Part shown: in pieces, positions 8,647 to 18,500 of the stretch | Layout: the number at the start of each line of letters is the position of its first letter | How positions within the stretch are numbered: position 1 is the first letter of the stretch | Assembly (NCBI RefSeq): GCF_000015585.1 | Contig: NC_008789.1 | Coordinates: 1,890,001-1,922,000, forward strand | Direction of reading: 5' to 3' | Length of the DNA stretch: 32,000 nt | Source: Halorhodospira halophila SL1 | Lineage (GTDB): Bacteria > Pseudomonadota > Gammaproteobacteria > Nitrococcales > Halorhodospiraceae | Made by a program: the position numbers and the translations under genes | Notes under the pieces: model-generated | What the model was told of the DNA's origin: nothing | Seen by the model: the letters and a program-made list of their open reading frames with translations, nothing else | Databases searched by the model: none

Positions 8647-9930
8647 ATGACCCTTGATGTAATGCAGACCATCGAGCAGCACGAGTCGGTCGTGCGCTCC
8701 TACATCCGCACCTTCCCCAAGCCGTTCGACCGAGCCAGCGGCGTGCGGGTCTACGACACGGACGGCAACAGCTATCTGGACTTCTTCGCCGGGGCGAGTG
8801 TGCTCAACTACGGGCACAACAACCCCGAGCTGAAAAAACCGCTCCTCGAATATCTGCAGGACGATCGCATCGTCCACAGCCTGGACATGGCTTCGGTGGC
8901 CCGTGCCGAATTCCTGGAGACCTTCCATCGACTCATCCTCGAGCCGCGCGGCCTGCACTACCGGGTGCAGTTCCCAGGGCCAACGGGCACCAACGCCGTC
9001 GAGGCGGCCCTGAAAATCGCCCGCAAGGTCACCGGCCGTCAGCGCATGGTCTCCTTCACTAACGCGTTCCACGGGATGACCGTCGGCTCGCTGGCGGTCA
9101 CCGGCAACGCCTTCAAGCGCAAGGGCGCCGGCTTCCCACTCACCTACAGCGAGAGCATGCCGTACTGCGGCTACTTCGGGCAGGACGTGGATACGCTGGA
9201 TTACATGGACAAGCTGCTGGCCGACAAGGGCAGCGGCGTCGACCACCCGGCGGCGATCATCACCGAGACCGTCCAGGGTGAGGGGGGGCTGGCCGCATGC
9301 AGCATGCATTGGCTCCAGGGCCTCGAGGAGCTGTGCCGCAAACACGACCTGCTGCTGATCGTCGACGACATCCAGACCGGTAACGGCCGCACGGGCCCGT
9401 ACTTCAGCTTCGAGGAAGCCGGCATCACCCCGGATATCGTAACCGTCTCCAAGTCGATCAGCGGGTACGGGCTGCCGATGTCACTGACCCTGGTCAAGCC
9501 GGAGCACGACATCTGGGAGCCGGGCGAACACAACGGAACCTTCCGCGGCCACAACCTGGCCTTCGTGACGGCCAAGCGCGCGCTGGAACTGTACTGGAGC
9601 GACGACACCCTGCAGCGGGAGACCGAGCGCAAGGCCCGCCGGATCTACGAGGCGTTGCAAGAGCTGATCGACAAGTACCCCCGCGCCGGCGGCGAACACC
9701 GCGGCCGCGGCATGATGCGCGGCATCCGCTTCGCCCACGACAAGGAGCTGGCCGGCACCATCTCGGAGATTGCCTTCGAGCACGGACTGATCATCGAGAC
9801 CTCCGGCCCCGAGGACGATGTTCTCAAGCTCCTGCCGCCACTGATCATCGAGGATCAGGACCTCGAGGAGGGCCTGGCGATCATCGAACGCGCCCTCGGC
9901 GAGGCGATGCAGCGCCGCGGCCTGGCCTAA
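8647..9930 (+). CDS. ectB: diaminobutyrate--2-oxoglutarate transaminase
   Basis: Class-III aminotransferase with EctB-like blocks (ESVVRSYIRTFP, FFAGASVLNYGHNNP, DDIQTGNGRTGPYFSFE, SKSISGYGLP carrying the PLP lysine). Sits between ectA and ectC. Confidence 0.95.
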   Translation: MTLDVMQTIEQHESVVRSYIRTFPKPFDRASGVRVYDTDGNSYLDFFAGASVLNYGHNNPELKKPLLEYLQDDRIVHSLDMASVARAEFLETFHRLILEPRGLHYRVQFPGPTGTNAVEAALKIARKVTGRQRMVSFTNAFHGMTVGSLAVTGNAFKRKGAGFPLTYSESMPYCGYFGQDVDTLDYMDKLLADKGSGVDHPAAIITETVQGEGGLAACSMHWLQGLEELCRKHDLLLIVDDIQTGNGRTGPYFSFEEAGITPDIVTVSKSISGYGLPMSLTLVKPEHDIWEPGEHNGTFRGHNLAFVTAKRALELYWSDDTLQRETERKARRIYEALQELIDKYPRAGGEHRGRGMMRGIRFAHDKELAGTISEIAFEHGLIIETSGPEDDVLKLLPPLIIEDQDLEEGLAIIERALGEAMQRRGLA

Positions 9931-9944
9931 TCCGCGCCCCACGT

Positions 9945-9974
9945 CACGGGCGGCGGCACCGGCCGCCGCCCGTG
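9945..9974 (+). promoter_or_regulatory. perfect GC-rich stem-loop in the ectB-ectC spacer
   Basis: cacgggcggcggc (9945-9957), loop accg, gccgccgcccgtg (9962-9974): a 13 bp perfect stem. No T-tract follows, so it is not a canonical intrinsic terminator. Confidence 0.6.
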
Positions 9975-10051
9975 GCATCACCCGCTATCACCGAGACACC
10001 TGACGCCCCGGGCACCCAGCTGCCCGACCCACTACCCAAGCGAGGTACATC

Positions 10052-10432
10052 ATGATCGTCCGCCACATGAAGGACATCATCGGCTCCGACCGCGAGGTCG
10101 AGACCGATGAATTCATCAGCCGCCGGATCATCCTCAAGGAAGACGGGATGGGGTTCTCGTTCCATGAGACCATCATCAAGGCCGGCACCGACATGTTCAT
10201 CTGGTACGCCAACCACCTCGAATCGGTCTACTGCATCTCCGGCAAGGGCGAGATCGAGGTCATCGGCGGCGAGACGTACACCATCGAGCCGGGCATGCTC
10301 TACGGCCTGGACGGCCACGAGAAGCACTACCTGCGTGCCGAGGAAGAATTGCGCCTGATGTGCGTCTTCAATCCGCCGCTGACCGGCCGGGAAGTCCACG
10401 ACGAGAACGGCACCTACCCGCTCCTCGACTGA
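10052..10432 (+). CDS. ectC: L-ectoine synthase
   Basis: Cupin protein with EctC signatures: MIVRHMKDIIGSDREV, GMGFSFHETIIKAGT, WYANHLESVYCISGKGEIE. GAGGT lies 5 nt upstream of the ATG. Confidence 0.95.
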   Translation: MIVRHMKDIIGSDREVETDEFISRRIILKEDGMGFSFHETIIKAGTDMFIWYANHLESVYCISGKGEIEVIGGETYTIEPGMLYGLDGHEKHYLRAEEELRLMCVFNPPLTGREVHDENGTYPLLD

Positions 10433-12072
10433 CCCGCACCCCCTTCTTGCCGTAGCCCCGCCGCCGCCACCTCCGTGGCGGCGCTTCGGGCCCGGCTGCT
10501 CAGGCGCTGGCACTGCGCCAGCTCCTCGCGCACACCGGCCAGTGCAGTACCGCCCGCCCCGGCAACCGCCTCGATGACCTGCCGCGCCAGCTGGCGCTCG
10601 TGGCGCCGGGCCCCCGGCCCGAGCAGGGAGCGCCCCACCCAACCCAGCAGCAGACTGCCGATACTCCCTCCTGCGAGCAGGGCGAAAGGCCAGCTGATGT
10701 CGCCCACCGCTGCCGGTGCGGGCACAGCCGGCAGGGCCAGCCACTCCACCACTCCGCGCACAGCCAGCCAGAGCGCCCCGATCACCGCGGCCGCCTCGCC
10801 CGCCCCGCGGAGCGTACCCAGGCTCCGCCACCAAAAGCGCGGACGCGGCGACCAGGCCAGTTCCCCTAGACGCCCGCGGAGTTCGCCGGCGTGCGGCGCC
10901 GCCGCTGCCGCCGCCAGGTCCCGCAACCGCTCGGCAGCCGGCTCGGGCATCCGCGCCGCAGCCGGTTCGACCGCCTGCAGCAGGCCATCACGCAACACGG
11001 GCTCCGCCACCACCGGGCGCGGCAGGGTCGAGCTGGTACCGGCCATAGCGGCAGAGCGCTTGCGCGCCCCGGAGAACAGCCCGATGGCCATCCGTTTCAA
11101 CGGCGAGCCCAGAGCCCGCGCACCAATCTGGCGATAGGCCCCCGCAGCACCGGTCAGCAGCTCGGTCTCGTTCACCGCCTGGCGCTGGGCGGTCACCAGG
11201 CGCTCACCGTCAAGCTCCAGGCTGCCGGGTTCGGGAAGGCAGGCGGCGGCGCGGACCACCAGTTCGGCCACGTCAGCACGGACCCGCTCCAGCGGGGCGC
11301 GGCGCTCGCGCACCCGGTCCGCGATCCGCTGGGCGAGTGCAGAGACCCCCTCCCCTTCGACCGCGTCGGTGGCCAGCAACTCCACCGCCTGCAGCCCCTG
11401 CCGGCCCAGCAACTCCCGAAGGTGGTCGAGACAGCTCTCTCGGTCGCCTGGATCCAGGCGATCGGCGTGGTTCAGCGCCACCATCAACACCTCGGTGTGG
11501 TGGGCCAGGCGGGCAAAATACCCCTCATGGGCCAGGGCGTGGGCGTACTTGACCGGATCGACGACCCACAGCAGCAGATCGCAGCGCTCGATCAGTCGCT
11601 CGGCCACCTCCCAGTGGGCCTGCACCACCGAGTCGATATCGGGCAGATCCAGGATCACCGCCCCGGCCAGACCACCGCGCCCACCGCTGGCCGGTACGCT
11701 GCGCCGTTCGAAGACCTGCAGCCAGTCGAGCAGCCCGGCGGCCCCGTCCTCCTCGCCCACGGTGACCGCCACCGCATGGTCCGTGGTCGGCCGGCGCACC
11801 CCGGGGGCGGAGACCTCTTCGCCGACCAGGGCATTGACCAGCGAAGATTTGCCGCTACCGGTCCCTCCGGCCACGGCGATAACGACGTGCTCCCGCGACT
11901 GGGCCAGGCGTTCACGGGCACGGCGCTGGAGCTGCGCCATCTCCTCGATCAGCGCCGGCGACAGACGGCCGACACCGAGCGTCTGGAGCGTCTGCAGGGC
12001 GTCCAGGCCGGTGTCGCCGGCGGCGCTCGGCGCACGCGTCGGCGCCTCGGCACTTGCTCCCGCCCAGCGCAT
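10414..12072 (-). CDS. membrane-anchored P-loop GTPase, dynamin-like/HSR1-type (paralog B)
   Basis: G1 GGTGSGKSS (nt 11871-11842), G3-like DLPDIDS, G4-like NHAD. A long Ala/Arg/Leu-rich helical region follows, then two hydrophobic segments near the C-terminus (AAAVIGALWLAVRGVVEWLALPAV, ISWPFALLAGGSIGSLLLGWVG). ATG 12072 shares one base with the upstream stop (TGATG). Confidence 0.75.
   Translation of the reverse strand: MRWAGASAEAPTRAPSAAGDTGLDALQTLQTLGVGRLSPALIEEMAQLQRRARERLAQSREHVVIAVAGGTGSGKSSLVNALVGEEVSAPGVRRPTTDHAVAVTVGEEDGAAGLLDWLQVFERRSVPASGGRGGLAGAVILDLPDIDSVVQAHWEVAERLIERCDLLLWVVDPVKYAHALAHEGYFARLAHHTEVLMVALNHADRLDPGDRESCLDHLRELLGRQGLQAVELLATDAVEGEGVSALAQRIADRVRERRAPLERVRADVAELVVRAAACLPEPGSLELDGERLVTAQRQAVNETELLTGAAGAYRQIGARALGSPLKRMAIGLFSGARKRSAAMAGTSSTLPRPVVAEPVLRDGLLQAVEPAAARMPEPAAERLRDLAAAAAAPHAGELRGRLGELAWSPRPRFWWRSLGTLRGAGEAAAVIGALWLAVRGVVEWLALPAVPAPAAVGDISWPFALLAGGSIGSLLLGWVGRSLLGPGARRHERQLARQVIEAVAGAGGTALAGVREELAQCQRLSSRARSAATEVAAAGLRQEGGAGQSRSG
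10462..10483 (+). terminator. possible ectC 3' stem-loop embedded in the convergent gene
   Basis: cgccgccac (10462-10470), loop ctcc, gtggcggcg (10475-10483): a 9 bp stem 30 nt after the ectC stop. No T-tract. It lies inside the coding 3' end of the minus-strand GTPase gene. Confidence 0.25.
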
Positions 12073-13778
12073 CAGACCAGGGCCTCCAGCGCATCCCGAC
12101 GAGCCTGCACGGCGCTCACCGCCTCCGGGGACGGGGCCGCCGCCGTCAATAACCGGTGGTAGGCCTGCGCCTCGGACTCCGCCAGGGCGGCCACCCGGGC
12201 GTGGAGATCCGCGCGGATATCGGTGATGAGCTGATGGACATTGCGCTCACCGAGGATCCGCGAGAGGACTGTATGGGTGGTGGTGGAACCGGCAGCGGTC
12301 AGCGCCAGCTCGCCGGTGCTCAACCCGCCACTGAGGGTGAAGAGGACCAGCACGGCGCTGGTGAAGGTGGCGTTGATCCCCGTGGTCGCACGGCGTGCCC
12401 AACTGAGCTTGGCCCGCCCGATGGTAGCGACGTGTTCGGCAACCTGCTGCTCCCAGGCCGCCACCAGCGCCTCGGCGTCGGCACGGCGCGCAATGGCCGC
12501 GGTTGACCGCGGCCGCGGATAGCGGGCGAAGATCCCCCGCCCGACCGGATCCTGCTGCCACGCACTCTCTACGCCGGCGGCGGCCTGGTCGAGGACGGCG
12601 TGCAGCATCTCGGCGATGCCAGCCCGCGCCTCCTCCTTGGCCTCCTGCTCGACCTGCCGACCACCGCGAGGGAGCGGCAGCCATCCCAGCCAGCGCCGCG
12701 GCGAGAGCTGCCCCACCGCGGCGTGCAGCTGACGCTGCAGCCAGCCACTCCCGACCAGCTCGGTCCAGCGGCGGAGCACCTCACGGCGCAGGGGCTCGCC
12801 CTCCTGGAGCTGGGTCAGCAAGCGCTCGGGGACATCGGTGTAGCCTTCATCGATGACGGCAGCCAGCCTGCGGGCCGCGGTCCGCTCCGCCTCGACGGCC
12901 TCGAGCAGGGCATCGACCTCTGCCGGCAGGTAACGCACTGCGCCGAGCACCGTTCGGCGCCGGTGGGCAGCACGCTGGTCCGCCGGCGCCAGGGCACGGA
13001 TCCGCTCGAGCACCGGCGCCGCTGCCGAATCGGGCAGGCGCTCGTCAGAGACCGGCGCCGTGGGCAGGTGCGTCGTCTCGACTGCCCGATGGCCGGCCGC
13101 ATCCAGCTTCTCGGCCAGGTCGGGGAGGATCTCCCGCGCCTCGGCCTCGGTCGCCTGGGTGAGCACGACCAGCGTCGAGACGTCCAGCTGGGCCGCCTGG
13201 CGCAGATAGGCCATACCCGCCTCGTCGGCGTAGGTGCGGGCGGTCGCCAGCCAGACCCAGACATCGGCCACCTCCAGCAGACGCTCGGTGGCGGCACGAT
13301 TGGCGGTCTCGACGCTGTCCACATCCGGCGCATCCACCACCACCACCCCCTCCGGTACCGTCTCCAGAGGGGCCGTACGCAGGGCGGCGCGCTCGGCCTC
13401 GGCCGCCAATACCCCACGGCGCAGGACTGTATCCAGGTCCGCCGCTCGGCCGATGACCGTAGGCACCGAGGTGGTGGGGCGGCGCGCGCTGGTCGCGGCG
13501 ACCGCAGACCCCGCCAGGGTGTTGGCCAGCGTCGATTTCCCGGCCCCCGTGCCGCCGGCAAACACCACCAGAAGCGGCTCATCCTGGCGCTCCAGCCGAG
13601 CGATGAGGCCATCGATGCGGCGCAGCAGGCGCTCCCAGGGGAGCAGCCAGGGGGCATCGCGATCCCGAGCGGCCTCGCCATCGAGGCCATGCAGGTCCTG
13701 GCGGAGTTCGGTGAGGGTCTGCTGGAGCTCTTCGCGGTCCATCACGACAAGATACAGGGAAACCCCGCCGGTGATCAC
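12072..13778 (-). CDS. membrane-associated P-loop GTPase, dynamin-like/HSR1-type (paralog A)
   Basis: G1 GGTGAGKST (nt 13559-13530), G3-like DAPDVDS, and TQAT at the G4 position (13160-13149). Helical region, then a hydrophobic segment INATFTSAVLVLFTLSGGLSTGELALTAAG. The start is GTG 13778 or ATG 13742 (MDREELQQ); neither has a strong SD. Confidence 0.75.
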   Translation of the reverse strand: MITGGVSLYLVVMDREELQQTLTELRQDLHGLDGEAARDRDAPWLLPWERLLRRIDGLIARLERQDEPLLVVFAGGTGAGKSTLANTLAGSAVAATSARRPTTSVPTVIGRAADLDTVLRRGVLAAEAERAALRTAPLETVPEGVVVVDAPDVDSVETANRAATERLLEVADVWVWLATARTYADEAGMAYLRQAAQLDVSTLVVLTQATEAEAREILPDLAEKLDAAGHRAVETTHLPTAPVSDERLPDSAAAPVLERIRALAPADQRAAHRRRTVLGAVRYLPAEVDALLEAVEAERTAARRLAAVIDEGYTDVPERLLTQLQEGEPLRREVLRRWTELVGSGWLQRQLHAAVGQLSPRRWLGWLPLPRGGRQVEQEAKEEARAGIAEMLHAVLDQAAAGVESAWQQDPVGRGIFARYPRPRSTAAIARRADAEALVAAWEQQVAEHVATIGRAKLSWARRATTGINATFTSAVLVLFTLSGGLSTGELALTAAGSTTTHTVLSRILGERNVHQLITDIRADLHARVAALAESEAQAYHRLLTAAAPSPEAVSAVQARRDALEALV

Positions 13779-13827
13779 GTGCCCGGTGCACGATCGGTGT
13801 CACAGGGCCGGGACGGCACCCGAGCGG

Positions 13828-15540
13828 CTAGTCCGTCTTTTCCAGGTCCACGGCAATGGGATCGTGGTCCGAAGAGCGATAGGCATCCTCCCGAACGCGA
13901 CCGGGATCACCGTCGAACTCCAGGAAACGGGGCTCGTCGGCATTGATGGGGTGCCGGTGGACCGCGGCCACCCGCTCCGCCAGCGCCGGGTGGGCCTGAA
14001 GGTGATCGAGATAGCCCGACTCGCCCCGAAAGACGTAGGTATACCGGTCGGGCCAGGCGAGGTGTTCGGCGAGCAGATCCACCTTGCCCGCTGCGGCGAG
14101 GGCGCGGGCCGGATCCTCGCCACCGTAGGCGTTGAGATCACCGGCGATGAGCACCGGTAACGCCTCGCTGCGCTCCGCACGCCAGCGGCCGAGGAACTCG
14201 GCCAGGGCCTCGGCCTGTTCGGTGCGACGGTGGTTCCAGCACCCCTGGCCACGATCGACATCCCCGGCATCCGGACACCGCGTCTTCGACTTGAAGTGGA
14301 TCCCGGCCACAGCGAAAGGCTCCCCGCCACCCTGCGGACGAAAACCGACCAGCGGCGGCGGACGATGATGGACCCGCCGGGCATCGCGCACCGTCTCGGT
14401 CACCGGCTGCACGCGGTCCTCGCGGTAGGCCAGAGAGACCTTGATGGCGTCGCTCCCGGTTTCACCCCCGCGGGCCAACCGCCAGGGGTGGCCGGTGCTC
14501 GCCGCTAGGCGCTCCACAAAGTCTTCCGGGGCGTCCTGGCGATTCTCCATCTCGACCAATACCAGCACGTCAGCGTGCAGGGACTCGGCAGCAGCGAGCA
14601 GCTTGGCCCGCTGGCGCTCCAGTTCCACCTCGCTGGCCGCACCTCGCTCGCCGAGGGTCAGGAAGTAGTTCTCAACGTTGAAGGCGGCCACGCGCACCGT
14701 CCCCGCCTCCGGTGGCGGCAACGCTTCCGGCCGCGGGTTGGAGGCTTCGAAATCCGGCGGCTCGGTCGGGTGCAGCCGCCAGGCGCCGAAGGCGTGGGTC
14801 AGCACGCCGGTCAGGTCCGCCACGCGGCTCCCCACCCGACGGGTTCCGTCGTCGTCGAGGTAGGGAATGGGATCGGGCCGCCCCCGGTAGCTGCCATCAT
14901 CCAGCCGCAGCCGGGCTCCAGACAGGGTCGGATCCTCGGGGCCGTCGCCCGGCAGAAAATTGGTCGGCCGAAAGGCGCGCCGCTCTGGGGTGAGCTTCAG
15001 GGTGCCGTAGCGCGGCAGCTCGTAGGTACCGCTGACCACCATCGGCTGCCGGATACGCACCAGCACGCCCTCCAGGCGCTCGGGGGCGGCCGCCGGCCAG
15101 TCCAGCGGATACGGGGTGACCTGCTTGGCACCGCAGTCCTGAACGGCCTCCAGCCACTCGAGCTGCGGTCGCCCCCGGTGCTCACCGGCGCGCCCGGTGA
15201 GCAGGAGCTGACGACCAGGCTCGATCCGCTCGCGCTGCTCGGCGGTCAGCTCCGGGGCGTAGACGAACAGCCCGGCGGGCTTGCCATCCGGCGCCGGCCC
15301 GGTACCCTGGATGAAGAAGCCATCCAGCCCCTCCGCTCCGAGGAAGGCGGCGGTGACCACCCCGTTCACCCGGACCGGATCCTCCGGGGCCTGGCGCCCC
15401 ACACCCTGCCCGGCCAGTTCATGGACCGCGGTGGTCTCCGCTGAGGCGCACGGTTTGGAAGCGACCGCCGCGCCCCCCGCCAGTACCAGCACGGCCCCCC
15501 AGGCGGCCAACACCAGGACTCTGGATACCGATGCGATCAC
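13828..15540 (-). CDS. ExeM/NucH-family extracellular endonuclease (EEP fold), secreted
   Basis: EEP motifs VRVAAFNVENYF, DVLVLVEMEN and SDHDP. The N-terminal domain pattern (VNGVVTAAF..GFFIQ..GLFVY) is typical of ExeM/NucH. The track ORF (to 15657) overlaps the RND gene. I place the start at GTG 15540, preceded by GGGAGGAG, which gives the signal peptide (M)IASVSRVLVLAAWGAVLVLAGGAAVASKPCASA. Confidence 0.85.
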   Translation of the reverse strand: MIASVSRVLVLAAWGAVLVLAGGAAVASKPCASAETTAVHELAGQGVGRQAPEDPVRVNGVVTAAFLGAEGLDGFFIQGTGPAPDGKPAGLFVYAPELTAEQRERIEPGRQLLLTGRAGEHRGRPQLEWLEAVQDCGAKQVTPYPLDWPAAAPERLEGVLVRIRQPMVVSGTYELPRYGTLKLTPERRAFRPTNFLPGDGPEDPTLSGARLRLDDGSYRGRPDPIPYLDDDGTRRVGSRVADLTGVLTHAFGAWRLHPTEPPDFEASNPRPEALPPPEAGTVRVAAFNVENYFLTLGERGAASEVELERQRAKLLAAAESLHADVLVLVEMENRQDAPEDFVERLAASTGHPWRLARGGETGSDAIKVSLAYREDRVQPVTETVRDARRVHHRPPPLVGFRPQGGGEPFAVAGIHFKSKTRCPDAGDVDRGQGCWNHRRTEQAEALAEFLGRWRAERSEALPVLIAGDLNAYGGEDPARALAAAGKVDLLAEHLAWPDRYTYVFRGESGYLDHLQAHPALAERVAAVHRHPINADEPRFLEFDGDPGRVREDAYRSSDHDPIAVDLEKTD

Positions 15541-15559
15541 GGCAGACTCCTCCCTGAGT

Positions 15560-18500
15560 TCAGACCCTGCCTCGAGGCGGACCCGAGGCGTGCTCCAGGC
15601 GCTCCAATTCGGCTCCGACCACGTTGACCGGCGTGGTATACCGCGCCAGCCAATCATAAAGCACCGGGATGACGAACAGCGTCAGCAGGGTAGCGAATCC
15701 CATCCCGCCGATGATCACCGTACCGATGGCAGCCCGGCTCTCCGCCCCGGCACCCAGGGCCAGGACCAGGGGGACCGCCCCGAAGACCGTGGAGACGGCG
15801 GTCATCAACACCGGGCGGAAGCGCAGGGCGGCCCCGGCGTGGATCGCCTCGCGCACGGTGTAGCCCTGGTCCCGGAGCTGATTGGCGAACTCGACGATCA
15901 GGATCCCGTTCTTGGTCATCAGGCCGATGAGCAGGATCATACCGATCTGGCTGTAGAGGTTCAGGCTGCCGCCGCTGAGCAGGAGCGCGCCGAGGGCGCC
16001 GGTAATGGCCAGGGGCACGGCGGTCATGATGATCAGCGGGTGGATGAAGCTCTCGAACTGCGCCGAGAGCACCAGGAAGACGATCAGCAGGGCCAGGCCG
16101 AAGGTGAGGAACACAGCGCCGCCGGCGCGCTTGAACTCATCCGACAGCCCCAGGTAGCTGACCCGCGCCGTCGCCGGCAACTCCTCGGCAGCCACCTGCT
16201 CGAGATAGGCCAGGGCCGCGCCCAGGTCATAGCCCGGCGCCAGCGACGCGGTGAGCGTCACCGCAGGCAAGCGGTCGACGCGACTGAGCACCGGAGGCGC
16301 CCCCTCCTCCTCCAGCGTCACCAGGGCCGAGAGCGGGATCAGTGCCCCGTCATTGAGGCTGCGCACGTGCAGGCGATCGAGGTCGGCGGGGTAGCGCCGG
16401 TCGCCGGCCTCGGCCTGCAGCATGACGTCGTACTCCCGGCCCCGATCCAGGTAGGCCGTCACGGTGCGCGACGCCAGTAGGGTCTGCACGGTACGCCCCA
16501 GCGCCTCGGCACTGACCCCGAGGTCGGCGGCCCGATCCCGGTCGATCCGCACGTTCAGCTGCGGACGCGTTGCGTCGTAGCTGCTGTCGAGATTGAGCAG
16601 CCGCGGGTTGTCGGCCCGGGCCCGATCCAGCACCCGCTCGGCCCAATCGGCCACCTCGTGGTAATCGGTGCCGCCGATGACGAACTGCACCGGTTGCTGG
16701 AAACCGCTCTGGCCGAGCCCTGGCGGGTTCACAGCGAAGGCACGCACACCGGGCACAGTCATCAGCCGAGGCATGGTCTCGGCGACGATCTGCTGTTGGC
16801 TACGCGAGCGCTCCGCCCAGTCCTCCAAGCCGACAATGATGAAGGCGCTGTTGGCGCGCCCACCAAAACCGAGGATGGTCAGCACGCGACGGGCCTCGCC
16901 GGTGTCCTCGCGCAGGGGGCGCAGAATCGCCTCCAGCTCGCGCACACTCGCGTCCGTGTGCGCCGCGGTGCTGCCCTCCGGCGCGCTGGCCGGGACGATG
17001 AACACCCCGCGATCCTCGGTGGGGATCAGCTCCTGAGGCAGTGCCTGGTACAGGGCGTAGGCGCCCACGGCGGCGGCCACCCCGACGCCGAGCACGGCGA
17101 TGGGCATCCCCAGGGCGCGACCGAGCAGGCGGCGGTAGCCGAGTGTCAGACCGGTCAAGACGCGTTCGGTGGCCACCTGCAGCCGCCCCGGGTGCTCCGC
17201 GCGAGGGCGCAGCCACTTGGAGCAGAGCATGCCGGTCAGGGTCAGGGCGACGAAGCTGGAGAAGACCACCGCCGCCGCCAGCACCAGCCCGAACTCAGTG
17301 AACAGCCGCCCCACATTGCCCTCCATGAAGGCGATGGGCACGAAGACTGCTACCAGGGAGATGGTGGTGGCGATGACCGCGAACCCCACCTGCCGCACGC
17401 CGCGGTAGGCCGCCAGCAAGGGCGGCTCGCCCTCATCGATGCGCCGCTGGATGTTCTCCAGCACCACGATGGCGTCGTCGACCACCAGCCCGATGGCCAG
17501 GATCAGGGCCAGCAGCGTCAGCACATTCAGTGAGAACCCCAGGGGAGCCATGACGGTGAAGGCACCAATCACCGCCACCGGGATGGTCACCGAAGGGATC
17601 AGGGTCGCCCGCAGGCTGCGGAGGAAGATGAAGATGGTCAGGACCACGAGAGCCACGGCGATCAGCAGGGTGCGCACAACCTCGCGGATCGACTGACGCA
17701 CGAACTGCGATTCATCGTAACCGACGACCAGGCGCAGATCGCCGGGCAGCTGCTCCTCGATCCGCGCCATCTCCTCGAGTACGGCATCGGCAACGGCGAT
17801 GGTGTTGGCACGGGACTGCCGGATGACGCCCAGGCCTACGGCGGTCTCACCGTTCAGGCGCACGGCGGTGTCGTCGTCTTCGACGCCCCGCTCCACTCGC
17901 GCCACTTCCTCCAGACGGACCAGCTCGTCACCGCGGCGCTCGATTACCAGCCGGGCGAACGCGTCGCGGTCGCGCAATCGAGTGTCGGTCCGCACGGTCA
18001 GCTGCCGGGCGGTCGACTCGATCTCGCCGGCAGGCAACTCGATATTCTCGCGGCGCAGGGCGTTCTCCACGTCCTCGACGGTTAGATCACGGGCCGCCAG
18101 GGCGTCACTGTCGAGCCAGACGCGCATGGCGTAGCGGCGCTCGCCACCAATGCGCACCCGCGCCACACCGTCAAGCACCGAGAGACGATCGACCAGTTGT
18201 CGATCGGCGTAGTCGGTCATCTCCTCGGGGGTCATCCGGCTGCTGCTTAGCGACAACCACATCATCGGCCGGGCATCGGCCTCGGTCTTGGCGACGACCG
18301 GCGGGTCGGCATCCACCGGCAAGTCATCGAGGATCCGCCCGATGGCGTCGCGCACATCGTTGGCCGCAGCGTCGATATCCCGCCCCAGCTCGAATTCGAT
18401 GTTCGTCTCCCCCCGCCCGTCGCGGCTCTCCGAGGTCATCGAACGGATGCCGTCGACGCTGCTCACTGCCGACTCGATCCGCTCGGTGATCTCGGTGTCG

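Noticed and set aside
9944-10834. A 296 aa minus-strand ORF covering ectC antisense and the ectB-ectC spacer
   Set aside because: It is Gly/Arg/Ala low-complexity, overlaps the firmly identified ectC and is out of frame with the GTPase gene.
10891-13946. Long plus-strand ORFs (10891..12162, 11369..12226, 12600..13946) across the GTPase genes
   Set aside because: They are antisense shadows. The P-loop, G3 and G4 motifs and the hydrophobic segments are all in the minus-strand frames, whereas the plus-strand translations are low-complexity Arg/Pro/Gly/Gln.
10414-15540. Calling the nuclease plus two GTPases a phage-defence island (dynamin-type system)
   Set aside because: There is no integrase, transposase, tRNA or visible compositional break. 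The flanks are housekeeping or osmoadaptation genes, and I cannot establish homology to known defence dynamins without a search. It is kept as a hypothesis in the findings, not as an annotation.
15541-15657. The N-terminal 39 residues of the nuclease track ORF overlap the RND gene by 98 nt
   Set aside because: A GTG at 15540 with a strong GGGAGGAG SD yields a normal signal peptide. The upstream extension lies inside the RND coding frame and has no SD.
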